Below the pieces are notes generated by a model. It had not been told where the DNA came from and did not search any database. It saw nothing but the letters and a program-made list of their open reading frames with translations. The position numbers were made by a program, and so were the translations under genes. Positions 49,866 through 59,564 of a stretch of DNA of 64,000 bases are shown here, piece by piece. The DNA comes from Pirellulales bacterium (lineage in GTDB: Bacteria > Planctomycetota > Planctomycetia > Pirellulales > PALSA-1355). The stretch is from the NCBI GenBank assembly GCA_963733035.1, contig CAVTBU010000005.1, forward strand, positions 2,912,001-2,976,000, given 5' to 3'. Position 1 is the first letter of the stretch. Every line of letters begins with the position of its first letter.

Positions 49866-50806
49866 ATGCACTCGCTGACCGTTGCTGCGCGTCGATGGAG
49901 AGTCGGGTGCATTGCGCTGACCGTTGCCGTGGTTGGGATGTGCGCCTCGCCGGCACTGGCCCAGACCAAGCTCCGCTGGAAGTTTCAGGCCGGGGAGAAG
50001 GTGAACTACGAGATGAACATGGTGATGGTCCAGTCGATGAACTTCGGAGACCAGCCGATAAACACGAAAGTCAGCCAGCTCATGAACATGACGTGGCAGG
50101 CAAAAGAAGTTGCAGACGACGGAACCGCCGTGATGGAGCAAACGATCGACCGAATCCGCGTCGAGATCGTGCCGCCCGGCGCCGATCCGACACCCATCAA
50201 GTACGATTCACAAAGCAAAGAACAAGCAAAGGGTACCGAGATGCTTGCTCCGCTGTTTGGCGCCATGGTGGGTCAACCAATGACGTTAACTGTTACGCCG
50301 CTCGGTGAAGTCAGGGATATCGTGCTTGCGCCGGGATGCTGGAGTTGATGAAGAAGGCCGGCCCGGGGCAGATGGGATCGATGTTTTCCGAGGATTCGAT
50401 GAAGCAGATGATCAGCCGTAGCATGGTTGGCTTTCCGGACGAAGTGAAAAAGGGACAAACATGGGATGCCAAGGTGGAGACCCCTAATCCAGTTGTTGGC
50501 AAGCAGATTGTCGAAACGGAATATCGGTACGCGGGTCCGGAGGAACGTGACGGGCGCAGCGCGGAAAAAATCGACGTCGAGATAAAGCTGTCATTCGAAT
50601 CGGGCCCCAACGCCCAAGCCAAGGTCACGATGAAAGACCAATCGGGCAAAGGGGTCATCTACTTTGACAATCAACAGGGGCTTCCCTTGGAAACCGACGT
50701 GACGAGCAAGATGACCTTGGAAATTGCCGTCGGCGACAAGACGTTCGAACAGGCCGTGACGACCAAGGTGGCGATGAAGCAGGTTGCTCCGGCGACGACG
50801 CAATAG
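49866..50806 (+). CDS. Secreted hypothetical protein (DUF6263-like); frameshift near 50335
   Basis: SD GGAGGT, signal peptide ALA, LRWKFQAG; ORFs 49866..50348 and 50336..50806 join via CCGGG(G)ATG. Confidence 0.7.
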
Positions 50807-50834
50807 TCTTCTCGGGGCAAGGCTATCTGCTGAT

Positions 50835-52223
50835 TTATCGCGGGCGGTCGATCGGCAAGTAGTCGGATTTGGTTCGGGCTTGCAAAAGTAGCCGTTCAGC
50901 CTGGGCAATCAGATCGGCGTGCTGCGCCGCGAGATTCTGCTGCTCGCCGGGATCGCGTTCGAGGTCGTAGAGTTCGAGTGACTCATCCGGGGAGTTCTTT
51001 ACGAACTTCCAGCGACCCAGCCGAATTGCCTGGCTGAAGCCGCGTTCTGGGAACTCCCAGTAGAAATACTGATGCTTCTGTTGCGGATGGCCGGCTGCTT
51101 GATCGCCTAGCAGAGTCGGCACCATCGAAACGCCGTCGATGCCCTGAGGGGCCGTCGCTCCAGCGAGTTCGGCCAGCGTTGGGAGGACGTCCCAGAATGC
51201 CCAGGGCGTATCGTTCGTGGTGCCCGGCGAGATCTTGCCGGGGTAGCGAACGATCATCGGCACGCGAATTCCACCCTCGTATAACGCACGCTTGAAGCCC
51301 CGCAAGGGGCCGGAGCTGTCGAAGAACTTCGGATCGGCGCCTCCTTCACGATGCGGTCCGTTATCACTGGTAAAGAACACGATCGTGTTTTGGTCGAGAT
51401 TCAGCTCGTGGAGTTTATCGAGCAGTTGGCCAACTTGTGTATCGAGGTACGTAATCATGGCGGCATGGTTCTTCTGCGGCTGCGGCCAGGACTCTTTGCC
51501 GTAGGGCGCGTCGTTGGGCACTTCCATTCCTTGCTTGCCCGCCTCGTTGTTGGCGTGGGGCAGCGTGGCTGCCAAGTAGAGGAAGAAACGATCGTGTTGG
51601 TGGCGGTCGAGAAACGCCAAGGCTTCATGTGCGAAGAGATCAGCCGAGTAAGTTACTTTCTTGGTTGCCACGCCGCGATCGACGACGTTTTCCAGTGGTA
51701 CCCGCTCTTCACCGCGCCACAGATAGTCGGGATAGTAATTATGCGCATGCCGCTGATTGAGATACCCAAACCACGTGTCGAATCCCTGCCGTGTTGGGAT
51801 TCCGGTTGTCCCCGGTTCTCCAAGCCCCCACTTGCCGACGATGCCGGTCGTGTAGCCCGCGCTCTTGAGTACTTCAGCCACGGTGACATCCTGCGGCTCG
51901 AGCGGCACCAGAGCGTTGGACCGAACGCGCGCGTGACCCGTGTGCAAGCCGGTCATCAGTGTGCATCGAGACGGCGCGCAGACGGTGCTGCCGGCATAGC
52001 ACGACGTGAATCGCACGCCCTCGGCCGCCAGGCGGTCGATATTCGGCGTGCGAATTCGCTTCTGGCCATAGCAGCCCAGATCGCCGTATCCCAGGTCGTC
52101 GGCCAGGATGAAGATGATATTGGGTCGCGGCGCCTGCGACTCGGCCCAAGCGGTCGTTGTCGCAAACAACGGCCACGAGAGCGAAGCGGCGAACAGAAAT
52201 CGGTAAGTGACGGATCGTGGCAC
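50835..52223 (-). CDS. Arylsulfatase (FGly-dependent, Cys type)
   Basis: PNIIFILADDLGYGD, CAPSR, GKWGLG, SDNG, YEGGIRVP. Confidence 0.95.
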   Translation of the reverse strand: MPRSVTYRFLFAASLSWPLFATTTAWAESQAPRPNIIFILADDLGYGDLGCYGQKRIRTPNIDRLAAEGVRFTSCYAGSTVCAPSRCTLMTGLHTGHARVRSNALVPLEPQDVTVAEVLKSAGYTTGIVGKWGLGEPGTTGIPTRQGFDTWFGYLNQRHAHNYYPDYLWRGEERVPLENVVDRGVATKKVTYSADLFAHEALAFLDRHQHDRFFLYLAATLPHANNEAGKQGMEVPNDAPYGKESWPQPQKNHAAMITYLDTQVGQLLDKLHELNLDQNTIVFFTSDNGPHREGGADPKFFDSSGPLRGFKRALYEGGIRVPMIVRYPGKISPGTTNDTPWAFWDVLPTLAELAGATAPQGIDGVSMVPTLLGDQAAGHPQQKHQYFYWEFPERGFSQAIRLGRWKFVKNSPDESLELYDLERDPGEQQNLAAQHADLIAQAERLLLQARTKSDYLPIDRPR

Positions 52224-52335
52224 GAATTCGTCGGCTTTGAACGTGCAGTGTGAACGAGGTGTTGGCGTTCAGTATGCGTTCGGAGCGCGACGAGATCAAA
52301 CCAAAGACATCGGGCCGGCCGCAACGCTGTCCCGT

Positions 52336-53043
52336 CTATCGTCGCCGTCGCCGCCAGCGCCATGCTGCCAGGCCGAGCAACCCAAACGTCGCTAGGACAA
52401 AGCTCGACGGTTCTGGTGTGGGATATTCGACGACGACAATGCCGGTTTCCGTCGGATCGTCTCCCCAGACTTGCTGGGTCTCGGTGCCGACCCAGAGCAA
52501 TGCCTTGTGAATGTCGAGGAAATGGGGAGGGTCGATGGGCGGAAACTTGACATCGACCGCCGTCGGATCGGAACCTCCGAGCGGTTCCGACGGCCATGGA
52601 AGGCCATCGCGGGTGATTAGCGATGTTCCGACCGGAAACAGATCCGGGAAGCTGGGGTCGCCTGGCGTAACCCAAACCCAGCCGGGTGTCACAATTCGTT
52701 CATGCCAGTCGGAAACCGATTGCCCATCAGGTGGCCCCACGATGGTATACAGTTCGTCGACTAAGATGGGCAATGGTTGCAGCGCGTCGAGAAGGATCGG
52801 ACCTCCCGCGGCCGTGATTGGCGATTGGAACACCTTGGTCATTGGTGGAGCCGTCGGATTGAAGACCAGACTCGCTTGCACGTACCACTGACCCGGGATG
52901 GGGGCAAAGTCTACATTAAAGGTGGCTCCCTGGCCTCCCGACATGTTGTACCCGGCCACGATGAGCTGACCGCGAGCACTTGGCAGGGAGCACAGGAAGA
53001 GTACAGCTGCAAAAGCGCAGACACATCCGCGAATACGCAACAT
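52336..53043 (-). CDS. PEP-CTERM sorting-domain protein
   Basis: Signal peptide; C-terminal TPEPSSFVLATFGLLGLAAWRWRRRRR. Confidence 0.88.
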   Translation of the reverse strand: MLRIRGCVCAFAAVLFLCSLPSARGQLIVAGYNMSGGQGATFNVDFAPIPGQWYVQASLVFNPTAPPMTKVFQSPITAAGGPILLDALQPLPILVDELYTIVGPPDGQSVSDWHERIVTPGWVWVTPGDPSFPDLFPVGTSLITRDGLPWPSEPLGGSDPTAVDVKFPPIDPPHFLDIHKALLWVGTETQQVWGDDPTETGIVVVEYPTPEPSSFVLATFGLLGLAAWRWRRRRR

Positions 53044-53468
53044 GGTGAGATCCTCGTAGGGGCAAGGCAAAGTGGCAGACCAAGAACACCCTCGCTTCTC
53101 TATTCCAAGAAATTCAGAGAGAGTCGGAGTTCAGATGGTCGAACACTAGCGGCCTCCTACGAGCGCCAGAGCAGGCAGATTAATGGCCAATCAAAAAGTT
53201 AATTTAGTAGGACCAGCGTTGATTGACAAGAAGGAACCCGAGATTTTGTTCGATATATGCTTAGACCCACGTGTCGGGTATGACACTGGACGTCAATGAT
53301 GCGAGTAACTCATTACCAATTGGCGGCTTACGGATCCTGGCATCGCAATTCACGAGGGGGTCGCTGCGTTTTGACGCGCGGCAATGGGTCCACATGCATC
53401 AGGAACGAGGGCCCCACGAAGAAAGAATTGACGGTTCCGAACCAGCGATCTCGGCCGCGCGGAATTCG

Positions 53469-56400
53469 CTAGGGTGTGGACTGAAGTTCAGGTTCGTCAC
53501 CTGAGTGCGGAGTGCGCGGAGCGAACCATGGGTAGATTGCCGGCAGAACCAGGGCGGTGAGCATCGTGGCAGTGATCAGTCCGCCGATCACGACGGACGC
53601 CAGCGGTCGCTGAATCTCGGCGCCGGCCGTGGTCGAGACGGCCATCGGCAAAAAGCCCAGGCTTGCCACCAGGGCCGTCATCAACACCGGTCGCAACCGC
53701 TGCAGCGCGGCCTCGCGCGCCGCGGCGCGGGGTCTCATTCCGGCGGCACGCAAGTGCTCGGCCGCGCTGACCCAAACCAAACCGTTTAGTACCGCGACGC
53801 CAAACAGCGCGATGAAGCCCACGCCGGCTGAAATACTAAATGGCATACCACGCAGCGCGAGTGCGAAAACTCCTCCGGACGCGGCGATCGGCACGGCGGA
53901 GAAGATCAGCAAGGCCAGCGACGTCGACTTGAACGTCGAATAGAGCAACAGGAAGATCAGCAGCAGCACGATCGGTGTGATCAGCGTTAGACGCAGGCTG
54001 GCCGATTGCAGGTTCTCAAAATCGCCGCCCCAAGTGATAGTGTAGCCGGGAGGCAGTTCGACCTGTTTGGCGATGGCTCGTTGCGCCTCGTAGACAAAGC
54101 TGGCCACGTCGCGGTTTCGTACGTTCACCGACACGTATGTACGACGTCGCGTCGCCTCGTGATCGATGCCCGGAGGAGTTTCCTCAAGGATCACATCTGC
54201 CAAATCGCCGAGCGGAACCTGGCGGCCGCCAATTTTGTTGACGGGGATCTGTTCGAGCAGATAGGCATTTTCTCGCCATTCGAGCGGATAGCGCACGATG
54301 ATTGGAAAGCGAGCGCGGCCTTCAAGAACCTGACCCACTTCGTGACCGCCGATAGTGGACACCGCGTTCATGACTTCGGTCGAATCGACGCCGTAGCGGG
54401 CTAGCAGATCTGGCTCGGTAGCGATGCGCAACGTGGGAATGTTGGCCTGATAGTCCGCTTTGACGTCGGCGGCCCCGGGAATTTCTCGGAGCACGCTCTC
54501 GATTTCTTTCCCCTTGCGACCCAGTACTTCCAAATCGTCGCCATAGAGCAGCACCGCCACGTCGGCCTTGACGCCGGCCACGAGTTCGTCGACCCGCATC
54601 TCGATCGGCTGGCTGAAGCCGAACTTGACGCCGGGGACGTGTTCGTTGAGCTCGGCCGACATGGCTTCGATCAGCTCGTTGCGAGTCTTGTACTGGGGCC
54701 ACTCGTCGACCGGCTTGAGGATGACCCAGGTGTCGGTTTGATGAACGCCCATGACATCGTTGGCGATTTCGGGCCGGCCTGTCTTGCAGAAGACGGTTTT
54801 TACCTCGGGAAAGGCCAACAGCCGCTTCTCGATATCGGTCGTCATTGCGAGGGAATCTTCGAGCGACGCGCTGGGTAGTCGCACCACTTCAATCAGCAGA
54901 TCGCCCTCGTCGAGGCGAGGCATGAACTCGGCGCCCAGGTTCAACGCAATGGGTATGCTACCGATGAACACGGTAAGCGCGATGGCTGTCGTGATCACTG
55001 GATGACGGACGACGCGACCCACGAGCGGGCGATAGAACCATTTAATCAGGCGGAGCAACCAAACTTCCTTCTCCTTGATGTTTTTGGGAAGGAACATGGC
55101 AGCCAAGACGGGCATCAGCGTAAGCGAAAGCACGAGAGATCCACCGAGGGCAAACAACACGGTCAGCGCCATCGGCCGAAAAAGTTTGCCTTCCGTACCT
55201 TGCAGCGCCAGGATCGGCAAGTAGACGACGGCGATGATCAATTCGCCGAACATGGTGGGCTTGCGGACCTCGACGGCGGCCTCGCGGACGATGACGTCGT
55301 GCGGGGCCGTGCCGCGTTCGTGAGAGAGTCGCCGGATACAGTTTTCGATCATGATCACCGAACTGTCGACAATCAGGCCGAAATCGATCGCCCCCAGGCT
55401 CATCAGGCTGGCCGTGATACCCGTGGCGGCCATGACGTTGGTGGCGAACAGCATTGAGAGGGGGATAGCCAGAGCCACGACAATCCCGGCTCGAACGCTT
55501 CCGAGCAGAAACAGCAGCACGACGATTACCAAGGCCCCGCCTTCCACGAGGTTGTGAAGGACCGTGTCGAGCGTGCGTTCGATCAGGCTGGCGCGATCGT
55601 AAATGACTTCCAGAGTGACGCCTTTCGGGAGCGTCGGTTCGATCTTGGCGAGTTGCTCCTTGGCCCGGTGAACGACGGTGCGCGAGTTTTCTCCGAGCAG
55701 CATCATCACCATGCCGGTGACGGCTTCGCCCCGCCCGTCGCGAGTCACGGCGCCTTGACGCGTAAGCGGCGCGATTTGAACGGTCGCCAAATCACGGACG
55801 AGCAGGGGCACCCCCTCATCGCGCTTGCGAACGGTCACGTTCTCGATGTCGGAGACGTTTTTGAGTAACGACTGGCCGCGAATGAAACGCTGCTCGCCGT
55901 AATGTACGACGTAGCCGCCGCCGGTGCTGGAATTGTTGCGGGCCAGGGCATCGAACAGCTCACCGAGCGATACGTTGTGAGAGGCGAGCCGGTCGGGATC
56001 GATTGTGATCTCGAAGGTCTTATAAAAGCCGCCATGCACGTTGACGTCGGTTACGCCCGGCACTTGCCGGAGTTGTGGAGCGATTTCCCATTCGAGCAAG
56101 GTGCGCAGGTCCATCTCGGTGTAGCCGGCGCCCTTGACTTCAAACTGCAGCACTTCGCCCAGGGCCGTCGTCAGGACGCCCATGGACGGGCTGCCGTAGC
56201 CTTGAACGATCCGCTCGCGGGCCTCCGGCAGCCGTTCGCCAACGAGTTGGCGGGCGCGATAGATGTCGGTTCCTTCCCGAAACACGATCGTGACGAGCGA
56301 GAGTCCGAACTTTGAAACGCTACGGAGTTGCTCCACGTTTGGCAGGCCATTCATCGTGGACTCAACTGGATACGTCACGTACCGTTCTACTTCCAGCGGT

Positions 56401-56570
56401 GACAGCGCGCCGGCTTTGGTCACGACCTGCACTTGCACGTTGGTTAGGTCGGGCACGGCATCGATGGGTATCACGAGGGCGCTATAGACGCCGCCGACCG
56501 CCATTAGTGCGACGACGGTCAGCACCAGAAAGCGATTTGCCAGCGAGAAATCAATCAGCGACGAAAGCAT
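53469..56570 (-). CDS. czcA: Heavy-metal efflux RND permease, CzcA type
   Basis: IDAVPDLTNVQV, TM4 GAIDFGLIVDSSVIMIEN, RLRPVLMTA. Confidence 0.92.
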   Translation of the reverse strand: MLSSLIDFSLANRFLVLTVVALMAVGGVYSALVIPIDAVPDLTNVQVQVVTKAGALSPLEVERYVTYPVESTMNGLPNVEQLRSVSKFGLSLVTIVFREGTDIYRARQLVGERLPEARERIVQGYGSPSMGVLTTALGEVLQFEVKGAGYTEMDLRTLLEWEIAPQLRQVPGVTDVNVHGGFYKTFEITIDPDRLASHNVSLGELFDALARNNSSTGGGYVVHYGEQRFIRGQSLLKNVSDIENVTVRKRDEGVPLLVRDLATVQIAPLTRQGAVTRDGRGEAVTGMVMMLLGENSRTVVHRAKEQLAKIEPTLPKGVTLEVIYDRASLIERTLDTVLHNLVEGGALVIVVLLFLLGSVRAGIVVALAIPLSMLFATNVMAATGITASLMSLGAIDFGLIVDSSVIMIENCIRRLSHERGTAPHDVIVREAAVEVRKPTMFGELIIAVVYLPILALQGTEGKLFRPMALTVLFALGGSLVLSLTLMPVLAAMFLPKNIKEKEVWLLRLIKWFYRPLVGRVVRHPVITTAIALTVFIGSIPIALNLGAEFMPRLDEGDLLIEVVRLPSASLEDSLAMTTDIEKRLLAFPEVKTVFCKTGRPEIANDVMGVHQTDTWVILKPVDEWPQYKTRNELIEAMSAELNEHVPGVKFGFSQPIEMRVDELVAGVKADVAVLLYGDDLEVLGRKGKEIESVLREIPGAADVKADYQANIPTLRIATEPDLLARYGVDSTEVMNAVSTIGGHEVGQVLEGRARFPIIVRYPLEWRENAYLLEQIPVNKIGGRQVPLGDLADVILEETPPGIDHEATRRRTYVSVNVRNRDVASFVYEAQRAIAKQVELPPGYTITWGGDFENLQSASLRLTLITPIVLLLIFLLLYSTFKSTSLALLIFSAVPIAASGGVFALALRGMPFSISAGVGFIALFGVAVLNGLVWVSAAEHLRAAGMRPRAAAREAALQRLRPVLMTALVASLGFLPMAVSTTAGAEIQRPLASVVIGGLITATMLTALVLPAIYPWFAPRTPHSGDEPELQSTP

Positions 56571-56617
56571 GAGTAACTCATCGGGGAGAAGAACGAGTCA
56601 GGATCGCGGCCTAGGAA

Positions 56618-58120
56618 TTAGGACTCCACTTCGCCGAGCAGCAGTTCGCTCTTGAGTGTGAACACGCCGCGGTCGACGACTTTCTGGCCAGGGGTGAGGC
56701 CGTGCCGGATCTCGACGAAGTCGCCGGCCGTTCGACCCAGGTCGACGTCGACACGTCGATAGGTTCCGGGCTTTTCCTCCACAAACACAAACGCTTTTTC
56801 CTCGTGCCGCGTGACCGCGCTAAGCGGAACGACCAATACCTGCTGAGGGGTGCTCACGGGAATCGATACCCAGGCGAACATGCCTGGCTTGAAATGACCG
56901 TCAACGTTCGTGAATTCGGCCACTAGCGGCACCGCGCCGCTTTCGGCCGACGTGGTTACCGCCGTGAACAAAACACGAGCCTGCACGAGATGATCGGGCA
57001 CGGCTGGCGCCTCGACCATGACTTCTTTTACATTCGAGTCGTTGAGCAAAGCCCACTCTCGATCGTAGATGTGTGCCGAGACCCGGAGCATGTCGGTGTT
57101 GGTGATCGTAAATAGCACTTGCGAGGCGTCAAAGTGCACGTCGTCGGTGACCAGCCGCTCCTCCACGACGCCGTCGATGGGAGATCGCAAGATGAGTTCG
57201 CAGATGGTGTCATCTTGTTGCGTGGGAGACACTTCCGCGAACTGACCAAGCAGAAGGTCCAGTTTTTGATTTGTAACGGAAAGCACGCGTTGTGCACGTT
57301 CGAGCGCGGCATCGGCGCGAATTCGCTGCTGAGACGAGTCAAATAGTGACTGCTCGAGCGCGCTTTTGAATTGCGCGGCAGCCACTTCGCGACTACTGTG
57401 GCGCTCCTCGGCGATGATGCCGCTGACACCCCCCGTCGCGACGACCGAGTCCGTACTCTCGGCGATTTTGCGGGCCACCAGCAATTTGGAATAGGCCGGC
57501 AGAACTGACTCGCGGTGTGGTCCTAGCAAGCGGTCGCCAAACTCGCGTTCGACGACCTTCATTTCCGGCTCGTCCTTCAGCAGCTTTCGCAGCGCATCGA
57601 CGTTCGCCGCTATTTCGTCGGCCCATTGGCTTTCCTTGCGTGCCAACTCGACATTGGCTTCGGCCGAGACGACTTCGGTGCGGGCCATACCGACTTCGGT
57701 ACTGGTGAGGACGGCTAGCGTATCGCCACGCTTGACGTTTTGGCCCTGTTGTACGAGCACGTTCTTCAGCACGCCCCCGACCGGAAGTTTTACGCTAATC
57801 CGCCGTGAGGTGTTGTAGCCGATCCGGCCGGGAACTCGGCGAACGTCGTGCAACTCCTGCATCGCGAGCGCCGTCGAGTGAATATCCGCGATCTGGCGTT
57901 TGCCGGGAGGAAGTTCGACCACCGAGGGCGAGCCAGCGGCGGGGATGTCGGCCGTTGTGGCAGTTTCGACCGCGGGTGTCGTTTGCGACAGGGTATACCA
58001 AGCGACCGAACCCGCAGCGACCGACAACGCAGCGGCCACGCCACCCAGGAGCACCGGCCTGGGCACGCGGGCCAGCGGCCAGCGCAGTGGTAACCAGGAA
58101 GTTTCAATTTTCTCGCGCAC
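56618..58120 (-). CDS. RND periplasmic adaptor (CzcB-like) with long helical hairpin
   Basis: N-terminal TM, lipoyl halves, LRSPIDG, FKPGMFA, GLTPGQKVV; GTG with AAGGGAG SD. Confidence 0.88.
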   Translation of the reverse strand: MREKIETSWLPLRWPLARVPRPVLLGGVAAALSVAAGSVAWYTLSQTTPAVETATTADIPAAGSPSVVELPPGKRQIADIHSTALAMQELHDVRRVPGRIGYNTSRRISVKLPVGGVLKNVLVQQGQNVKRGDTLAVLTSTEVGMARTEVVSAEANVELARKESQWADEIAANVDALRKLLKDEPEMKVVEREFGDRLLGPHRESVLPAYSKLLVARKIAESTDSVVATGGVSGIIAEERHSSREVAAAQFKSALEQSLFDSSQQRIRADAALERAQRVLSVTNQKLDLLLGQFAEVSPTQQDDTICELILRSPIDGVVEERLVTDDVHFDASQVLFTITNTDMLRVSAHIYDREWALLNDSNVKEVMVEAPAVPDHLVQARVLFTAVTTSAESGAVPLVAEFTNVDGHFKPGMFAWVSIPVSTPQQVLVVPLSAVTRHEEKAFVFVEEKPGTYRRVDVDLGRTAGDFVEIRHGLTPGQKVVDRGVFTLKSELLLGEVES

Positions 58121-58199
58121 CGAACAGCTCCCTTGACGAGGAGGCAATAAACAAGAAAATCGCGAAGTTGCGACTATTCAAAACGTCAAGAAAGCGCAC

Positions 58200-58592
58200 T
58201 CAAAACAAAAACGACGAGTGCAAAGCGCGCAGTTTCCTGCCAGAAAGTGGCGGAGACCACAGGAGATCGAGCGGGTCCAGGAATTCACCCGGACTATCCA
58301 ACTCGGCGGTTTGAGACAGCGATTCGCGATTCTGCACCAACGGACACCATTTGGCCAGATCGAGCGGAACGACCGTGGGGGCCTCAACAAAGAATGCGCC
58401 GCGGCAAATGCAACCCGACTCGTTTTGTTCGCGCGGCGGCGAATGCGGGGCGATTCCCCCGTCTGGCGCTGCATCCGCGGTCGTCCAGGCAACGAAATAC
58501 GCCACCGACTCCGCCTGATGCCGCAGGCAGTCAAATGGGCAGCACGTGGTGCTCACGGCAGCCAAAATCGCAATGAACAGACGAGTGGGCAT
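58200..58592 (-). CDS. Small Cys-rich protein leading the czcBA operon
   Basis: Hydrophobic N-terminus, TTCCPFDC, GCICRG, C-terminal PPLSGRKLRALHSSFLF. Confidence 0.65.
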   Translation of the reverse strand: MPTRLFIAILAAVSTTCCPFDCLRHQAESVAYFVAWTTADAAPDGGIAPHSPPREQNESGCICRGAFFVEAPTVVPLDLAKWCPLVQNRESLSQTAELDSPGEFLDPLDLLWSPPLSGRKLRALHSSFLF

Positions 58593-58618
58593 GCAACGCT
58601 CTCAGGTGGGACAATTCA

Positions 58619-58646
58619 AGTCTATTTCCCGCCAGGGCCGTGTCAA
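58619..58646 (-). promoter_or_regulatory. sigma70 promoter TTGACA-N16-TAGACT of the metal efflux operon
   Basis: Consensus -35 (58641-58646) and -10 (58619-58624), 26 nt upstream of ATG 58592. Confidence 0.7.
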
Positions 58647-58685
58647 CCTTCTGGTTGCCGGGGCGAGCCGGGCGGGCCGAACCTG

Positions 58686-59564
58686 TTAGGCCTCGTTTTC
58701 CAGCAGTTTTCTGGCCCGAGCCAGGGCTTCCTGGCCGGCCCGATCCAGTTCAGGATAGCTGAGATTCATCGATTCCAGCTTGCGGGTGATGACGTCGGCC
58801 ACGACCATTCGGGTGAACCATTTGCGGTCGGCCGGAACGATGTACCAGGGGTTCTCCTTGGTGCTGGTGTGGCTCAGCATGTCCTCAAAAGCGTGTTGGT
58901 AATCGTCCCAGAATGCCCGCTCACGGACGTCCGACTCGGAGAACTTCCAGTTTTTGTCGGCCGAGTCGAGCCGCGCCAGAAAACGCTGCCGCTGCTCTTC
59001 GTTGGACAGATGCAAGAAGAATTTGAGGACCTCGATGCCGTTCTCGCCGAGATACTGTTCGAAGTTGTTGATATCGCGATAGCGGGTCGGCCACAGGTTT
59101 TCCCGCTTCTTCGAGGAATGTATATGCTCTTGCCCGAGCAATTCCGGATGTACGCGGACGACAAGCACTTCTTCGTAGTAAGAGCGGTTAAAAATGCCGA
59201 TCTTGCCACGTTCAGGCAGTGCCCGCGAATAGCGCCACATGTAATCGTGATCGAGCTCCTCGGCCGAAGGAACCTTAAAGCTTTTGACGTCGCAGCCGGC
59301 CGGATTGACACCCGACATGACGTGCCTGACGGTGCCGTCCTTGCCACAGGCGTCAATGCCCTGCAGCACGATCAACAATGCGTACACGTTTTGCGCATAC
59401 AGTTTCGCCTGCAGGTCGGTCATTTTTGCCACGTCGTCCGCCAGCTTTTGCTGCACTTGCGCCTTGTCGACGAAAGGCTCCGTCTGGTCGGTGGCATAGT
59501 CCGACAGGTGAACCGAAGTGCCAGGCGGCACGCGAAAGCGATCGAAGTCCCCTGCGGATTTCAT
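58686..59564 (-). CDS. ppk2: Polyphosphate kinase 2 family, class III
   Basis: Walker A QGIDACGKDG, Walker B FNRSYYE, WKFSESD, PADRKW. Confidence 0.92.
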   Translation of the reverse strand: MKSAGDFDRFRVPPGTSVHLSDYATDQTEPFVDKAQVQQKLADDVAKMTDLQAKLYAQNVYALLIVLQGIDACGKDGTVRHVMSGVNPAGCDVKSFKVPSAEELDHDYMWRYSRALPERGKIGIFNRSYYEEVLVVRVHPELLGQEHIHSSKKRENLWPTRYRDINNFEQYLGENGIEVLKFFLHLSNEEQRQRFLARLDSADKNWKFSESDVRERAFWDDYQHAFEDMLSHTSTKENPWYIVPADRKWFTRMVVADVITRKLESMNLSYPELDRAGQEALARARKLLENEA

